Shown: one piece after another, positions 1-13,600 of the stretch
Position numbering within the stretch: position 1 is the stretch's first letter
Layout of the letters: the number at the start of each line of letters is the position of its first letter
DNA from: Gordius albopunctatus
Lineage: Eukaryota
Reading direction: 5' to 3'
Length of the DNA: 64,000 nucleotides
NCBI GenBank assembly: GCA_964276515.1
Contig: OZ193910.1
Location: 3,224,001 to 3,288,000 of the forward strand
The notes under the pieces: model-generated
The model's input: only the letters and a program-made list of their open reading frames with translations
Databases searched by the model: none
Told to the model about the DNA's origin: nothing
Position numbers and translations under genes: made by a program

Positions 1-767
1 CAATAAACTTTTTTTACAATTTTGCTATTTAGGGATTAATATTGAAGTAGTCTCTTATGCATGGGGGAGGTGATAGCGAGGACAATTAGGGGAAGCAAGG
101 AGACAAGTCCAACTTAGACGCGTTTAATATTGTCGTACGAGTGTATATTAAGGAATTCTTCTGCCCTGTGGCGCATTTGATGCGCGGAAACTTTTATTTT
201 ATTTTCACGACGGAGTGGAGGGAGAAATAGCCATTTTCGTATAGTATTTTTCCTCTTATAAATTTAAATTTTCACACCATTTTGATTTTAATATTGCGAA
301 GAAGTTTTAATGCGTTTTCTCGTCATATTTTGGCAGGAGCTTATAATTTTGTTAATTATCTGGTTTGCTGATGTAGCGACAACACTGAAGAGGCGTGAAA
401 CGTAATTTATATGCAGAGCAAGTGCGAATCTTGAAAAGTTGTTGTTTTCGTCGTAGAATATTAAAATATTATGCTGTCATATTTGCATTTATTTAAAAAA
501 GCACAACGAAAATGAATATAGGCTTTGGGTAAGTTTAAGTCATGCGTATAATTAACGACTTTAAGACCGGGAAAACTTGACAACGATTTGATTACACCAA
601 GATTTGGTAAATAATGAAGATTTTAAACATATAGTTTATGTTGATAAAAAGCTTTTATGCCTAAACCTGGTAAAATGCTGGTGTTATGCTCGATTTAATC
701 TGTAATTGCTAAAAGTCTGCCAAGGGCGTCGATGATTTGTTTCATTAATTGATCCGAGTCCGACCCA

Positions 768-938
768 CATGCGCGCCAGGGTGTGGCAGGAAGGGGCGGC
801 TGCACCCCCCCCCCCCTAAATCCCTCCAAAATTAACAATATTATTAAATTATAGCTAAATTTTCAAAAATGTTATTTCGCCTATCCCAGAATTATTATTG
901 CCCCCCCCCCTCTAATTTCAATCCTGGCTACGACCATG
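768..938. mobile_element. CATGGGCGTAGCC-family MITE
   Basis: Family core sequence; TSD CCGACCCA/CCAACCCA. Confidence 0.8.
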
Positions 939-1530
939 CCAACCCAACCCAGACTTTTTCATTTTCTGGCTTTATCCCATTGGCCCTATACATTTTGGAT
1001 ATGTATTCAAAATGAACTTAATCTCTTTCATTTTACGTTGACAAATTGCCCCAGACTTGGTCGCCCTCCCTTCCCTTTAACACTAGGAATTAAGTGTGCG
1101 TGTTATTGTTTATCTGCTACTACTAGAGACCTGCAAGGCCGACCCTCGGACGGGACTAAAAGCCAGGCCCGCGGGTCTGGCTTGAACGGGCTTCTAAAAT
1201 AAAACAACGAGCCAGGATTGGACAGGCCTAAATGTAACCCAACGGGCCCGGGGCGGGAATAGATATACGTAAGGCCCGCTAAAAGCTCGTTATGTATAAA
1301 TTTTAAACAAAAGTTTGTTTTATATTGCTCCAATTTATAATTTGATGTTTATTAAATTAACAAAGGTTTAATGGATTCCTCTCTCCTTTATTTATAAATA
1401 CAATTTATAAAAAAAGTTTTTAGCAACCTTGGCAGCAAATATTTCATTTTTATATTTTTAGTTTAAATTATATCTGATTCTTCTTATGCCTATTAATTCG
1501 AATTTCTATTGATTCAATTAATAATTCATT

Positions 1531-1694
1531 CATGGTCGTAGCCGGCGTTTGAATTAGAGGGGGGGGCAATGATGATTAAAGGAGGGGCAAAATGATCATT
1601 TTGGAAATTTTAGCCATAATTTATATTATTTTAACAAATTTTTAGATTTTGAGGGGGCAGCCGCCCCTACCTGCCCCCTCTAACTACCTCCAAT
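1531..1694. mobile_element. CATGGGCGTAGCC-family MITE
   Basis: Family core sequence; TSD AATTCATT. Confidence 0.8.
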
Positions 1695-2436
1695 AATTCA
1701 TTTCAATACATATTTATCAAAGTTCTATAATTTTCGCTTAGTTTTCTGATAGGTAAACACTAAACGCTGATTTAAATTTTAATAATTGAACACTTATGAT
1801 AAAGGCTATTAAATATTTTCATATGGTAGTTGCCATTACAATAATATAAACAAAATAAACATTTTACAAAAATATATGACTTACACAATTGGAATTTAGT
1901 ATACAAATATGATATTTGAAATGATTACAATTTTTTAATTGTAAATTGAATGCTAGATCGTTTATTATTCAGATGAGATGCTTTGGAGTTTAAATATGAA
2001 TTTTTAGAAGGGTAAAATGCACTAGGTATAAACTAACGATAAACTAATTGTTTGTCTTTAATAGTTGGATAAGTTTTGATCAGACTTCGAGGGTAAATGA
2101 CTACAACTTTAAAAGTGTTATAATCGATGTCGGACGTAACAAAAATCAATAATTTATAGGATATATCGAAAAACATTGATAATACATAGCATATAAGTGA
2201 GATTTTTTCTTTAACTATAATAAAATTGAGCGACTTCTAATAAATTTCAATATAAAGTAAATTAATCTAAGTTTTGCCAGAGTTATAAAGACTTATATAA
2301 ATCTCTTAAATTTTTGACTCTGTTGTTAAATGGAAAGTGCTGTTAATTTTGAATAATAATTATAATATTTAGTTTCTGATTATTTAACAAACACAACTTG
2401 TAAAGGTATATCATTCCCTATTCAAAATGATATATT

Positions 2437-2584
2437 CATGGACGTAGCCGGGGGGGGGGGGAGGCCACTGCCCCCCTAATCCAAAAATTTGTTAAAATAT
2501 ATTAAAATTATGGATAAAATATCAAAAAATGATGATATTACTAAATCATTATTGCCCCCCCCTCTAATCCCAATGCTGTATATG
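2437..2584. mobile_element. CATGGGCGTAGCC-family MITE (partial)
   Basis: CATGGACGTAGCC end plus family core. Confidence 0.7.
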
Positions 2585-3413
2585 TTTAATATGACTAAAC
2601 TTTATATGGCTTTAAGCAATTGCTTTAAGTGTCGTCATTCTATTTTTATAGTGTTTACAGTGTCCTTTATATTTTTTGCCCGCTGACCTTAATTACAATG
2701 CTAAAATATTTATATTTAGATAGAAATGTTCATTATGACTTAGTTTTAATAACTCAATCAAAGCTCCTAGTATGCATTTTTTAGACTTGGAGAATGCAAA
2801 GGCCAAGTTATCCAATTTGAGCGATCAAATAGATCTTGCTATTATTTGAGAATATTATGATAGAAATACCTAAAAAATATTGTGTTGTGCCTATTAAAAT
2901 TCAGAATTACAGCTGCTATTAATTTAAAGTCAAGAGTTATGCAATTTAAAATAGTAAAATGTTATAATGATCAAAATTACACTAATTGTATAAATGATTT
3001 TTTTTCTTAATTAAACATATTCTGCCATTGTTCATAATATACTGGTTTATAACTTCTTTCAGTATATTGAATAACCGTTTTGATATATTAAACAATTGAA
3101 TATTTTAGGATACACCGCTTTCGTTTGACTTTTTAATTGCATTAATACGTGAAAATAAAATATCTTTAGTTAAAATTTATAAATTTTCTCACCTCAGCAT
3201 ATATTTCAATTAGCTGCCAATGGATGTCTGGTTTATAGGTTTAAAGAGGTAGATCTGAATTAACAATACAGATACGCAAAACTGATCAATTATGCGTGTT
3301 AGATATGGTACAAAAAAGTTCATAAAAATAAGTTAGCTAAATAGTTGTATTTAGTAATTAGGGAAAGATGAGGAGAAGACACAATATTTATGAACGGTAA
3401 TGTTATGCCATTG

Positions 3414-3575
3414 TATGGGCAGCCAGCATTGGGATTAGAGGGGGACAATAATGATTTATGGAGGGGCAAAATAATCATTTTTTGAAATTTTAGCCATTTT
3501 TATGGATTTAATGAAAATTTTGAATTTAGAGGGGGCAGTCGCCTCCCTGCCCCCCCCCCCTTGGCTATGCCCATG
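3414..3575. mobile_element. CATGGGCGTAGCC-family MITE
   Basis: Family core; right end GGCTATGCCCATG. Confidence 0.8.
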
Positions 3576-3780
3576 TGCCAGTTAGAGGGATCCAACTTTT
3601 AAACCAGGTGAAATATTGTAGTTATTATCTTTGGTCACGCAGAGTTTGATACTAAGACCAGTTTTTATAACTTGGATAAAATGTCTTTGCTAGGGTCATT
3701 TTGGACTGATTCTACAATTACTTTCATTATTTATTAGTTGTGCAATTAACATCCAAACCCAATGATTATATTTTAGCATG

Positions 3781-4182
3781 CATGGGCGTACCCAGGTTTT
3801 GAATTGTGTGGGGGGGGGGGAGCAGATAATTTTTAACAATATTTTTTTTGCTAGACTATTCAAAAATTTTCCTGCAACCCAAAAAAAAAAACAAAAAAAG
3901 GAACTTGACTTTTCAAAAATTTTCCTTCGACCGTAAAAAAAATTAGGAATAGGAAATAAATGATGACTACACAAACACAATCGCAACTATTAATCTAATC
4001 TCAAATTTAATTTTACCAAAATAATTTAAATTTATGTGTAAATTTGCTAATAGGCATCTGTATTAATTTGAGTTAAGTTCAAATAGGGGGGGGGCAAAAC
4101 ATAATTTTTTTTTTTAATTTTTAAGGGTTTTTGTATTAAATTTTTTTTTTAAATGAGGGCGCCCCTCCTGGGTACTCCCATG
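3781..4182. mobile_element. hAT-type MITE, long variant of the CATGGGCGTA family
   Basis: TIR CATGGGCGTACCCAGG / CCTGGGTACTCCCATG; TSD TTAGCATG/CTAGCATG. Confidence 0.85.
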
Positions 4183-4347
4183 CTAGCATGACATACTAAG
4201 TTTTATCAAAAAGAGTGGATAGATTATTTTCCAAAAGGGATAAAATGATATCAGATTAGTTATTATTATAATGTTCAGTTAATGATTACACCATGATTTA
4301 ATAATTAATTCTGTTTTTGTTGGGCAAATATTTTGTTTAGGTAATGC

Positions 4348-4549
4348 TAGAGTTGTTAAATTGCTAACTTTCTTCAAACTCCAGACGCGAGCACGCACAC
4401 TGAGTTGCTTAATATGCGCGTTAGCACAATATGTGCTCGCTTTTGGTACACTAGGCAGAGCAGTAGCATATAAAAATGCTCGAGGGCCGAGCAGAAACTC
4501 GAGCAGATGGTAGATGGAGTTGAAGAAAGTTAGCAATATAACAACTCTA
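4348..4549. mobile_element. MITE with ~35-bp TIRs, 202 bp
   Basis: TAGAGTTGTTAAATTGCTAACTTTCTTCAAACTCC pairs with GGAGTTGAAGAAAGTTAGCAATATAACAACTCTA. Perfect 8-bp TSD GGTAATGC. Confidence 0.92.
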
Positions 4550-5659
4550 GGTAATGCTATACCTAATTTTTGATTATGCTGCTAATATTTGTAGGAGGCA
4601 AAGGAGAATGGGCTTAAAAGGACAAAGTTGGACGAGGTATTTTGCAAAGTAAAATGAGAGTTACGATATTTTCACATACATAAGTATAAAAATATTCAAA
4701 GGGCTAGATGTCACTCTAATCATCGTGAATTGTATTTCGTCTTCCATTTGTGATACCAGCATAAACCACAATCGTCGATCGCCTTTTGTCACAATCCATA
4801 TGTTTGCCCCACATTTAATATGAAACGAAAATGTGGAATTATAAATTGTTAGCATTTTGGTCATTAAATTTCGAATATAATTTAATTCTTGCATATAAAT
4901 TAAGTCAATATAATAATTTAATGAGTGCTTTACAATTTTTTGTACAATTTTCAATTTGAAACTTATTATTTTAAGCATACAAATTTTATATTTATTTATT
5001 TGTATTGCCTCAAATTTGATATGTATTATTTTAAGTCTTTGATTTTTCCAGAAGAATAAACGTTTTTTAATTTTTAATATTCTTGTGGCGCTTTTCAGGA
5101 AAAACTTAGTCCACCATGGAACTTATTCGGTTAAGTTCACATTTTGAATTGTAATATAATTACTTTAATTGATATTTATTAACGGAAGAAATTCTGTTGG
5201 CATAAATAGTGGGTCGTGATGGAATAGGGGCTGTATTAGTCTAAGATATGGAGAACCAACATGCTTATAGCCCTGAAAAATTAAATTCTTCGGCCCGAGT
5301 TTTGCCCGATCTTAGCCGGAGCACGAAAAACTTTTTTATTTTTGGCCCAACCCGATTTTGAAAATAAATTTTTGAAAATTATTTCACTATCTAAATATAA
5401 AATGCATTAGATTGTTATCACTCGTACTTTATAATTAGGATAAGTTTGTAAGAAATCCATTTTCACTCCTTATAATTTATTCAGCTAATAGTTTAAAATT
5501 AAAAAACTAACCTTATAAAATATATTTGTAACAGTTCCAAATAAAAATCTAAATATTTAAATGGGGGGGGGGGGGGGCAAAACATAATTTTTAGTTTTAG
5601 TTTTTAAGAGTTTTTGCATTGAATTTTTTTTTCGTCATTTAGGGTGGGGGGCTGCGCCG

Positions 5660-6030
5660 CTCCTACAGTGCCCGGATACCGACGTATTTCCCATTTTAAG
5701 GCACCTTTAAAAGTTGAAACGAAGATTTTTACTCATCTAGGCTCTCGAATAGATGGACAAATCGCCTTAATAGAGTTTCTGCATAGTCACTTATCAGCCC
5801 TCACTGCCCCGACATTTTAAAAAACTACGATAGCTTTTTGAGAAACATCCTGGAAGCAGCAATCCTTAACATTGAATTCAGCGCTCATTCGTGGCTTCAA
5901 GCCTCATTACCTACTATAGATTATATCGGACTGCTAATTTATGCGCCAATTTTTTCCGATAATCTTGAACGACTAGAATTAAGCATAAAGTTAAGCTAGT
6001 AAAATCGATGACACATTGTTTGGCACGGTA
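5660..6030 (+). mobile_element. CRE-like retrotransposon internal fragment
   Basis: PDILKNYDSFLRNILEAAILNIEFSAHSWLQASLP shares the WLQASLP motif with the 45.1 kb copy. Confidence 0.55.
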
Positions 6031-6036
6031 TCAATA

Positions 6037-6690
6037 CAGGCGCGGGGGAAATCTGGCCAAATTTTTTTTCTTCATTTTATTTGTAATTAAAAGTAAAAAT
6101 TAAACAACCAAAAAGTCGGGCTCGCTGCTGAACCCACTCGGCTAAGGGGTGGGGCAGGCTACCGTTCTAAATTAAGATTTTAAAATAGGCCTAGGCGGGC
6201 ACCATAATGAGATTTTTTATATAGTTTACTATATTTTTGTCACCTTTTTATTTATAAAAATTCTAGAATTATATCAAAATTTTTTGAAAATAAGACTAAA
6301 TTATATCTTGAAATTTAAAATCGTTATTTTGGGCCCGGCTCTTCGGACAGCATTAGTGAATTGGGCAATTAAAGAGTTTTGCCAATTTAGTTTTAAAACC
6401 TTGGTGGGTTCTTGCAGAAAATTTTAGACAAATATGATAAATGATAAAAGTATTATAATACGCTTTGTTATCTAATTCCTGGGGCGGTATTGTATTTTCA
6501 CGGGAAATATATGTTCAAACAAGTTTTTTTCCATAGAAATTTCTACAATCATATTCGGAAATTTTACAACGCATTTTGTCAAAAATCAATCAACGTTTCT
6601 AAGTTTCTATGAGTGTCTAAAGTCTATGATATAACTAAACTATAATATTAGAACTCATTTAATCTAGTTATTAATGAAAAAACAGCAAAG
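6037..6690. mobile_element. Truncated copy of the 53367-54116 element
   Basis: About 650 bp of collinear similarity, e.g. TTTATTTGTAATTAAAAGTAAAAATTAAACAAC and CAATCATATTCGGAAATTTTACAACGCATTTTGTCAAAAAT. Confidence 0.8.
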
Positions 6691-7678
6691 TTCCTTTATA
6701 TCATACGTTAGATTTTAAAATATATGGTCATAACCTATGAAATTTTTACCTAACCTAATTCTTAATAATATATAAGACTACAGAAAAATCTAGATCCATT
6801 AGTCTATATGAATTCTATTAATATCTTCGAGTGTTTCCATAAAATTAAATTTTTTTTAAAATTTTTTTGTTAGGGGGGGCGGGCGGTTTAATTGTTTGTT
6901 TTCGATTCCTTGGTACATAATGTACACACGAATTCTTGGATATTTATTTTCAAGCGATTGGAATTAAATCAAACTGGGTGTTTGGAATTTAAAATTCGTT
7001 AAATAATTAATGAAGGTTTTTTAATTTTATTTTATTTTCAACAATTATAGAGCTCAATACATGTCGGTCTTAATCCTGGACTTAATTGCCACACCTATAT
7101 CCACACAATTCAATTAATATCAAAAGTCTTGTTAATCTGATTGTAGAGCAAATAAAAAACAACTTTCTTTAATCTATATACTACAGTCCAATTTGGTATA
7201 ATGACGAGAAGTAAGTTTATTCGTTGCAACATGGCTATATAACATAATATATATTGTGTTAACAAAACAAACATAGTGTACAACAAATATTGAATTTAAA
7301 ATTATATAAATAATTGATTGCATTATTCATTATCGTTGCGTGATGACACAGATGATTTATACGATAAACAAATACAAAATATTTTATACTACAAAAGACA
7401 CTGTTAGAGATAACACGACGAAACGTTTAAAAGTCGATAAATAAATAAATAAATTTTAAAAGACAGCTAAAATCTAGTTACAGCAAAATACGGGCTAAAA
7501 ACTTTTTGGGCGGATAAAATTTGGTAAGTTAATTGTTTCGATTTCATCTTAAATAATATATGATTCAGGAAAAAGATAAACTACTAAAAAATACACAAGG
7601 ATGGATGGAATGGTTTGCACCGAGATTTTTGATGAATAGATAATAAAAGGAATGAGTTAATGTGAATTGCGTTTGAAA

Positions 7679-10600
7679 TCACCGGCAAACGTTCCATTGC
7701 ATAACGCTGCAATCTTTACCACCCGCGCTAATGGCAAAGTCGTCTTGCGCTGTGAATTGCACATTTGTAACATGACTTCCATGCCCGATGTAAGTTTTAG
7801 CCTTATTACCCTGTGAAAAAGGAATATAAAATAATGACAGTAAACAAGAAATAAGTTCAAAACAGTGCGTTTGATTTGATCTAAAAAAATAGAATACTTT
7901 CACCTATAACTGCAAATGTCATTTTGAATGTATGGTAAAATTATTGAAGTCAAACTTTGTCAAAAGGATATGTAGGGTATGGGAATAATCTGAGACAGGC
8001 AAAGTCGTCTCCCGTTAGGAGCAAACCCGAAGGATCAAAATAATTTTTTCTGATATTGCTTTCTTCAGAGTTATGATTCCTGGCACAAGCATTGATATCT
8101 GTCCCATCGTACCCGGGCGACCATATTCCTACGTGAAAAATTTGGTAAATATAATATATAAATTTGTTTTTAAATTTTTACCATTTACATTTGATTGATA
8201 CTATATGTTGATAATAATTCAACAAATCAATATCACGAATTCTTATGTTTCCATCGTTTTGAAAATTGTTTGTTTCATTATTTTAGGTCCCAATATTGTA
8301 TAATATTATACCATATAAAACAAAACATTTTAATTTGACATAATTCGCAATAAAAGATATATAGATTTGTTTAATTTTATTATTTGAAGTCAGTCATACT
8401 ATGAAATAATTTCTAAAGGTGAATGAATAAATGCAGTGTCAAAGATTAAAGATTCAGTAGCGTTCAAGCTTACAATTGTGAAATTAGCGGAGAGTTTCAG
8501 CCTCCTAGAGAAATGATCTATCGCATATTCATAAAATCCCTAATGCAATTTGATTTAAATCAAGAAAATTAATTCGCTGCTCTAGTTTACCGATAGTTTC
8601 GAAAGTGATAACGCAATTTTGAGTGGCCCAAGAGGCGTCTTTGAGCAATTGATTGCCCTGTTTCAATTGCTTTTTCAGCCGCGGATCCCAAAACAGCAGT
8701 TCGTAGTCCGCTGCGTTAGTGCGCAAGAAAACATCACACGGTTCCCCCTCGGCTCTTTGCAAAATTTTGGATTCGTATGGTAATGACCAGTCTAAGTGAG
8801 TTATCTTTGCCGAATGGCCCTAACAAAATTTCGAAAGAAATATTTTAAACAGTTTAAAAGTTCTCCTAAATACTAGTTTATATTAGGCGTTGATTCTTAA
8901 TAAATGTGCTAGTTTTCATAAAAACTCGTTATTTCCTTACATAATTACCCGTGATAAAAGTTTTCTTTTTTGCAAAAAAGCGAAATATATAATTGATTAA
9001 TTTGTAGTTGACAATTATTGAGGTATTCCCTTTTTAGAATAACAATAGTATTTAGTACAATTTCACAATTATTGAAAACTTCCTTTAAAATAGAAAATAT
9101 ATAAACAATTGTATACTACGATATGTTAAAATTGTAATAAAATTCAACAAAACACTCATATCAAAATAATGTAATTTTGGAGATAACTATACTTTAAATT
9201 TGATAACTTTAAATAGGAAAGTTATAAGAAAATTTTGGTCACTGTATTAAATAAACGCATCAAACATACACAATTTCTTATATCGATACCCGAATCGATT
9301 ATTAGTTTCTTACGTTGAAAGTACAATGATGATGATATTTTCTACCCTTGTCCCTCACGCTATAAACGTAAATTCGGGTATCATGAGAGCCAACCGCTAG
9401 ATATTGACCATCTTAAAAACACCAAAAAACAAAATAAACTACAATAATTCAAAGATTATTTATTAAATAAAAAACATTACAATGCCTTAAAAAGTCCTCT
9501 TAATTTCATAATTCTTATTATAAATTAATTTAAGGTAAGATTAAAAATATGAGTAAATAAATTTATTATAAATAAAATCAAGCATGGGTGTAGGCAGCAT
9601 TGGATGGAATTAGAGGGAGGGGGGGGGCAATAACGATTTAGGGACGGGCAAAATAAACATTAATTAAAATTTTAGTCATAATTTTGTAAAAATTTTAGTC
9701 ATAATTTTGTAAAAATTTAAACAAATTTTTGGATTTAGAGGGGGCCCCCCGGCGACGCCCGTGAAATCAAGTTTTGCAAATGGTAAAAGAGGTCGTTATG
9801 GAGTGAGTTACCTTGAGAATAAGAGTTGCACGCGATGGAGGCAGTGCTGTTTGAATGTTGACAAACGATATCTTTATTACTAATGTCTAGGACAACCCAA
9901 CCCCCTGTCGAAGTTGCTACGTTTATTAGAGTACCATCTTCGGGGTAAAAACAAGCGGCCGTGGCAGGTTCCTAATAAATTATATATTAATATATTGGGA
10001 TAAAATTACAAAAACTTGAGAGATACACACACCCTAATAAGCATCCATCATTTATTGTGCTTGTTAAAGCATTGCATTTTATTTAATAAATATCAAGAAT
10101 TTTCCCTGTGTTTTTATTTTGACCCTTGGAATGTAGAATCTAAAAGGTTTTACAAAACAATAAATTTTTAAACGCCTTTTTTATTCGGGACTAGCTGAGC
10201 CCGGCCAAGCTTTGCTTTGTGGCTCAGTCTTTGATTCACTTAAAAATTCGTATTTGTAGATGGTGAATTTACACGAACTTATAATAGAGATATGGGAATG
10301 TGTAAGTAGGACATACAAATAGATTACCAAAGGTAACTCTAGTCAAAAAAATATCATGACATTTAAAAGAGGACAATAATTTTATTATGGCCTGCTCAAT
10401 TTTAACTCCTTCAATTTGAAATCAGGATTATAATCATGATTAGTTCGAACAAAAAATGGAAACAAGTCACTATGCTGTTTAGCTTTTTGGCAATAAAATG
10501 GAACATTTTTCAAAAAAAATAAACGGATAAATAGAACTTAGATTGAAAGGCTTACGGTAATTTCGCGAAAAAAGACGCAAGAATGCTTGATCGAATCCCA

Positions 10601-13600
10601 TAATCTAATTTGACCATCCGTCCCGCACGTAATAATCTGATTGCTGGTGGGATGGCATGAAAGACCTACGACGGGATCTGTGTGACCCTAAGGAACAAAA
10701 ATTGTTTGACAATTTACATTTGTATTGCTTTTAATTAATACAACGCGCTTGTGTATTTTCGGTTGACCCATTTATTGCTTTTTATAAAGTGACTTAAAAG
10801 ACCGACCCTAACATAATAAATATTAATTGCTAGGCAGCAATTTATGGGCTCGCTTGTCCAGCTTGTATTTTACAATAATTGCCGTATAAAGTTAAACGGG
10901 TTTTTAACGGCTTGGAAACTAGTGCTTCAGTAAAAGACTCATATTTTGCTTTCGCATATGGACCATCTAATTACCGCTGGTTAGCTTAAATTTTTTCGAC
11001 ATCGCCCGAGACCAAATTCCATTTTTGTGCCCGACTGATTACCTTTATATATAAATTTGTTTTGGCAACTTGTCTAAGTTGCGACTTTATAACGGATAAT
11101 TGCGAAACCGACTAAAAAATTCCCCGTAAATTACCGATGACCGTTGCATACTTCTACTTTGTCGTCTCACCCTATTATATAACTTTGGGTGTATTTTTAG
11201 GTAAAATGTTATTCCCCAAAATTAACGTTTTAAATAAAGATATTGTTATTGATTTAAGAGAAATCCAAGAAACTTGTATGTAAAAAAGAGATATTTGTTC
11301 GTATTATTATACTTGAACCACTATGTTAAATCCACGTTCGAAATCCCCATGTAAAACGCAATTTTTGGTAGTGCCGATGAGGAGCCAATTTTGCCTCATA
11401 CCAGGCGATATCACTCTTACAGAGCCGAGAGTGTCATCAAGCTAAATAATTTGTTAACTTAAAATTACAGTTTAAAAAACAAATTTTTCAAAGAAATGTA
11501 TTGAAAAAGTATGATTTATAAATTTCACATTTACAACATTGATTTTAAATTATAAACTCAACTATTTTCATATCGTTTTCCGTTGCGTTTTCAAAAATAT
11601 GCAAAGATATTATTATTATCATCATTAAATAAAAGTCGAATGAATAAAAGATTAATCATTTCTTTTAAATTTATACAAATTTTTTGATAATAAAAACGAA
11701 AATCCTGAACTTTTTAATTTTATTAAAAATTTAATCAAAGTGTATTTTATATAATAATAACCGGGGTAGTTTGAGATATAAGTTGTAGCGTTTTCGCGTT
11801 CCAAGTTTTGATAATTTTGTCCCGACCTCCGGTATTAATTATACTGGTGGATGAATCTAATTTGTTGCTTGTCCCGTCGTCAACTGATTTACCGTTGCTT
11901 GATCGAGTGACAATTATGGTGAAAAGACCACCGGGATGTATATTTGGAAGCATTTTGAGCATCGTTAAATCGTCTATTCAATTGAAATTTTAAAAATAAT
12001 CTTCTTCCACCATTTAAAGTATATTTATTCGTAATTTTATTTTTCACAATATTAATAAAATATTTTTAAAAAATCCATTTTTGGGGGTAAATTTAATACC
12101 TTTTGACCATAGTATAAGGGAACCATTTGAATCACCGGTTAAAACGTTGCCGTCTTCAGTAAACTCAATGCAAATCACAAACTTCGGTCTCGTGTGTTTC
12201 TATCATCGCAATGCAAGGATTAATAAAAAAAATTGTTAAAAAGGGAAGAAGTTATTGATTCAAAGTTAATGATTTCATTAAATGGACATACATCGAAAAT
12301 TGCATTGGTTCCGGCTATAGAGTATTGATAATTGGTGTTTGTATTGTTTCCCACCGGCGCGGTATCCCTATTAAAAAAAGATTTTTGTATGTATGTATGT
12401 ATGTATGTATTTTTGCCTTGAAGACGCCCAAGAGCTTAGTAAGTGCAATCTATAGCTGGACCCCGTCAAACGCCAAATGGTGCATATAACGAAAATCGGG
12501 TAAGGTGGTATGGGCATATACGCAGAAGGGAGGCGAATGATGTAAATCGAAAAGTACTGGACAGCGGAGGTACCGGGGAAGAGAGGCAGAGGACGACCTT
12601 GTGTCACGTGGAAAGGGCAAGTGGACAAAGTTATGAAAACTGAAAAGATTAGTCAAGACATGGCACTCACCCGATCAAGATGGAAGAAACTCGTTAAAAC
12701 AAACCTCACGACTGAGGGACCAAGTACTCGATAAAGAAGAGGAAGAGTGTCGGCAAGGAGGTAAAGCAAAGTCAATGAAAAAAGCAGCAAATTCATTTTT
12801 CAATTCAAGCATAAAGATGCTCAATTTTGTGATATTTAATGGCATAGATTTTGATAATTATTATTTTACAATTTTTTCGAGTAGTTTAGGCGTTAGTTCA
12901 GGTTAGCCACCATGATTATGTCAACTACAGAAATTTTATGACGATAAATAAGTCAGACTACGATGGGGGTGGGCAATAATGATTTAAGGAGGGGCAAAAT
13001 TATAACTTTTTGAAATTTTAGCCATAATTTCAATAATTTTTAACAAATTTTTGGATTTAGAGGGGGCAGCTGCCGCCCCCCTGGGTACGCCCATGCAGAC
13101 TACCAAAAACTTGGGCGACTGCCAAGATTTGTTAACTATTGGCAATAAAATAATTTATCAAATTTCCAAAATATTTTAAATAAATAAGTTGTTTATAGAG
13201 GGAATGTGTCCCACTCTGCCCCCCGGTTAAGCTCATAAACATAATATATTTGACTCATATATAGGCAGAGCTAAGAGATAGCCGCGTGTCAATATTATAT
13301 ATCAATATCCATGGCAGAATACAAAAATGCTTATATTATAAATCAGGCTGCTGTTGTAAATAACAATTTGGCTCAATCAAACATTTTTACACCCTACAGA
13401 TGATTTTTTACCTCATAGACATTTTAGAAATATTGCTGTTTTTTCCAAAAACCCCAAAAAATAGTTCACAAAAAATATTTAAATCAGGTTTCGTTATTAG
13501 ATGATACCTATCGTCGCCAATCCCGTTCGGGGTCGAGATAATCCAAAACGTGAGGTGCGATTTCCCACAACTAACCAAAAGTTGTGGGTTTAACGAGGAA

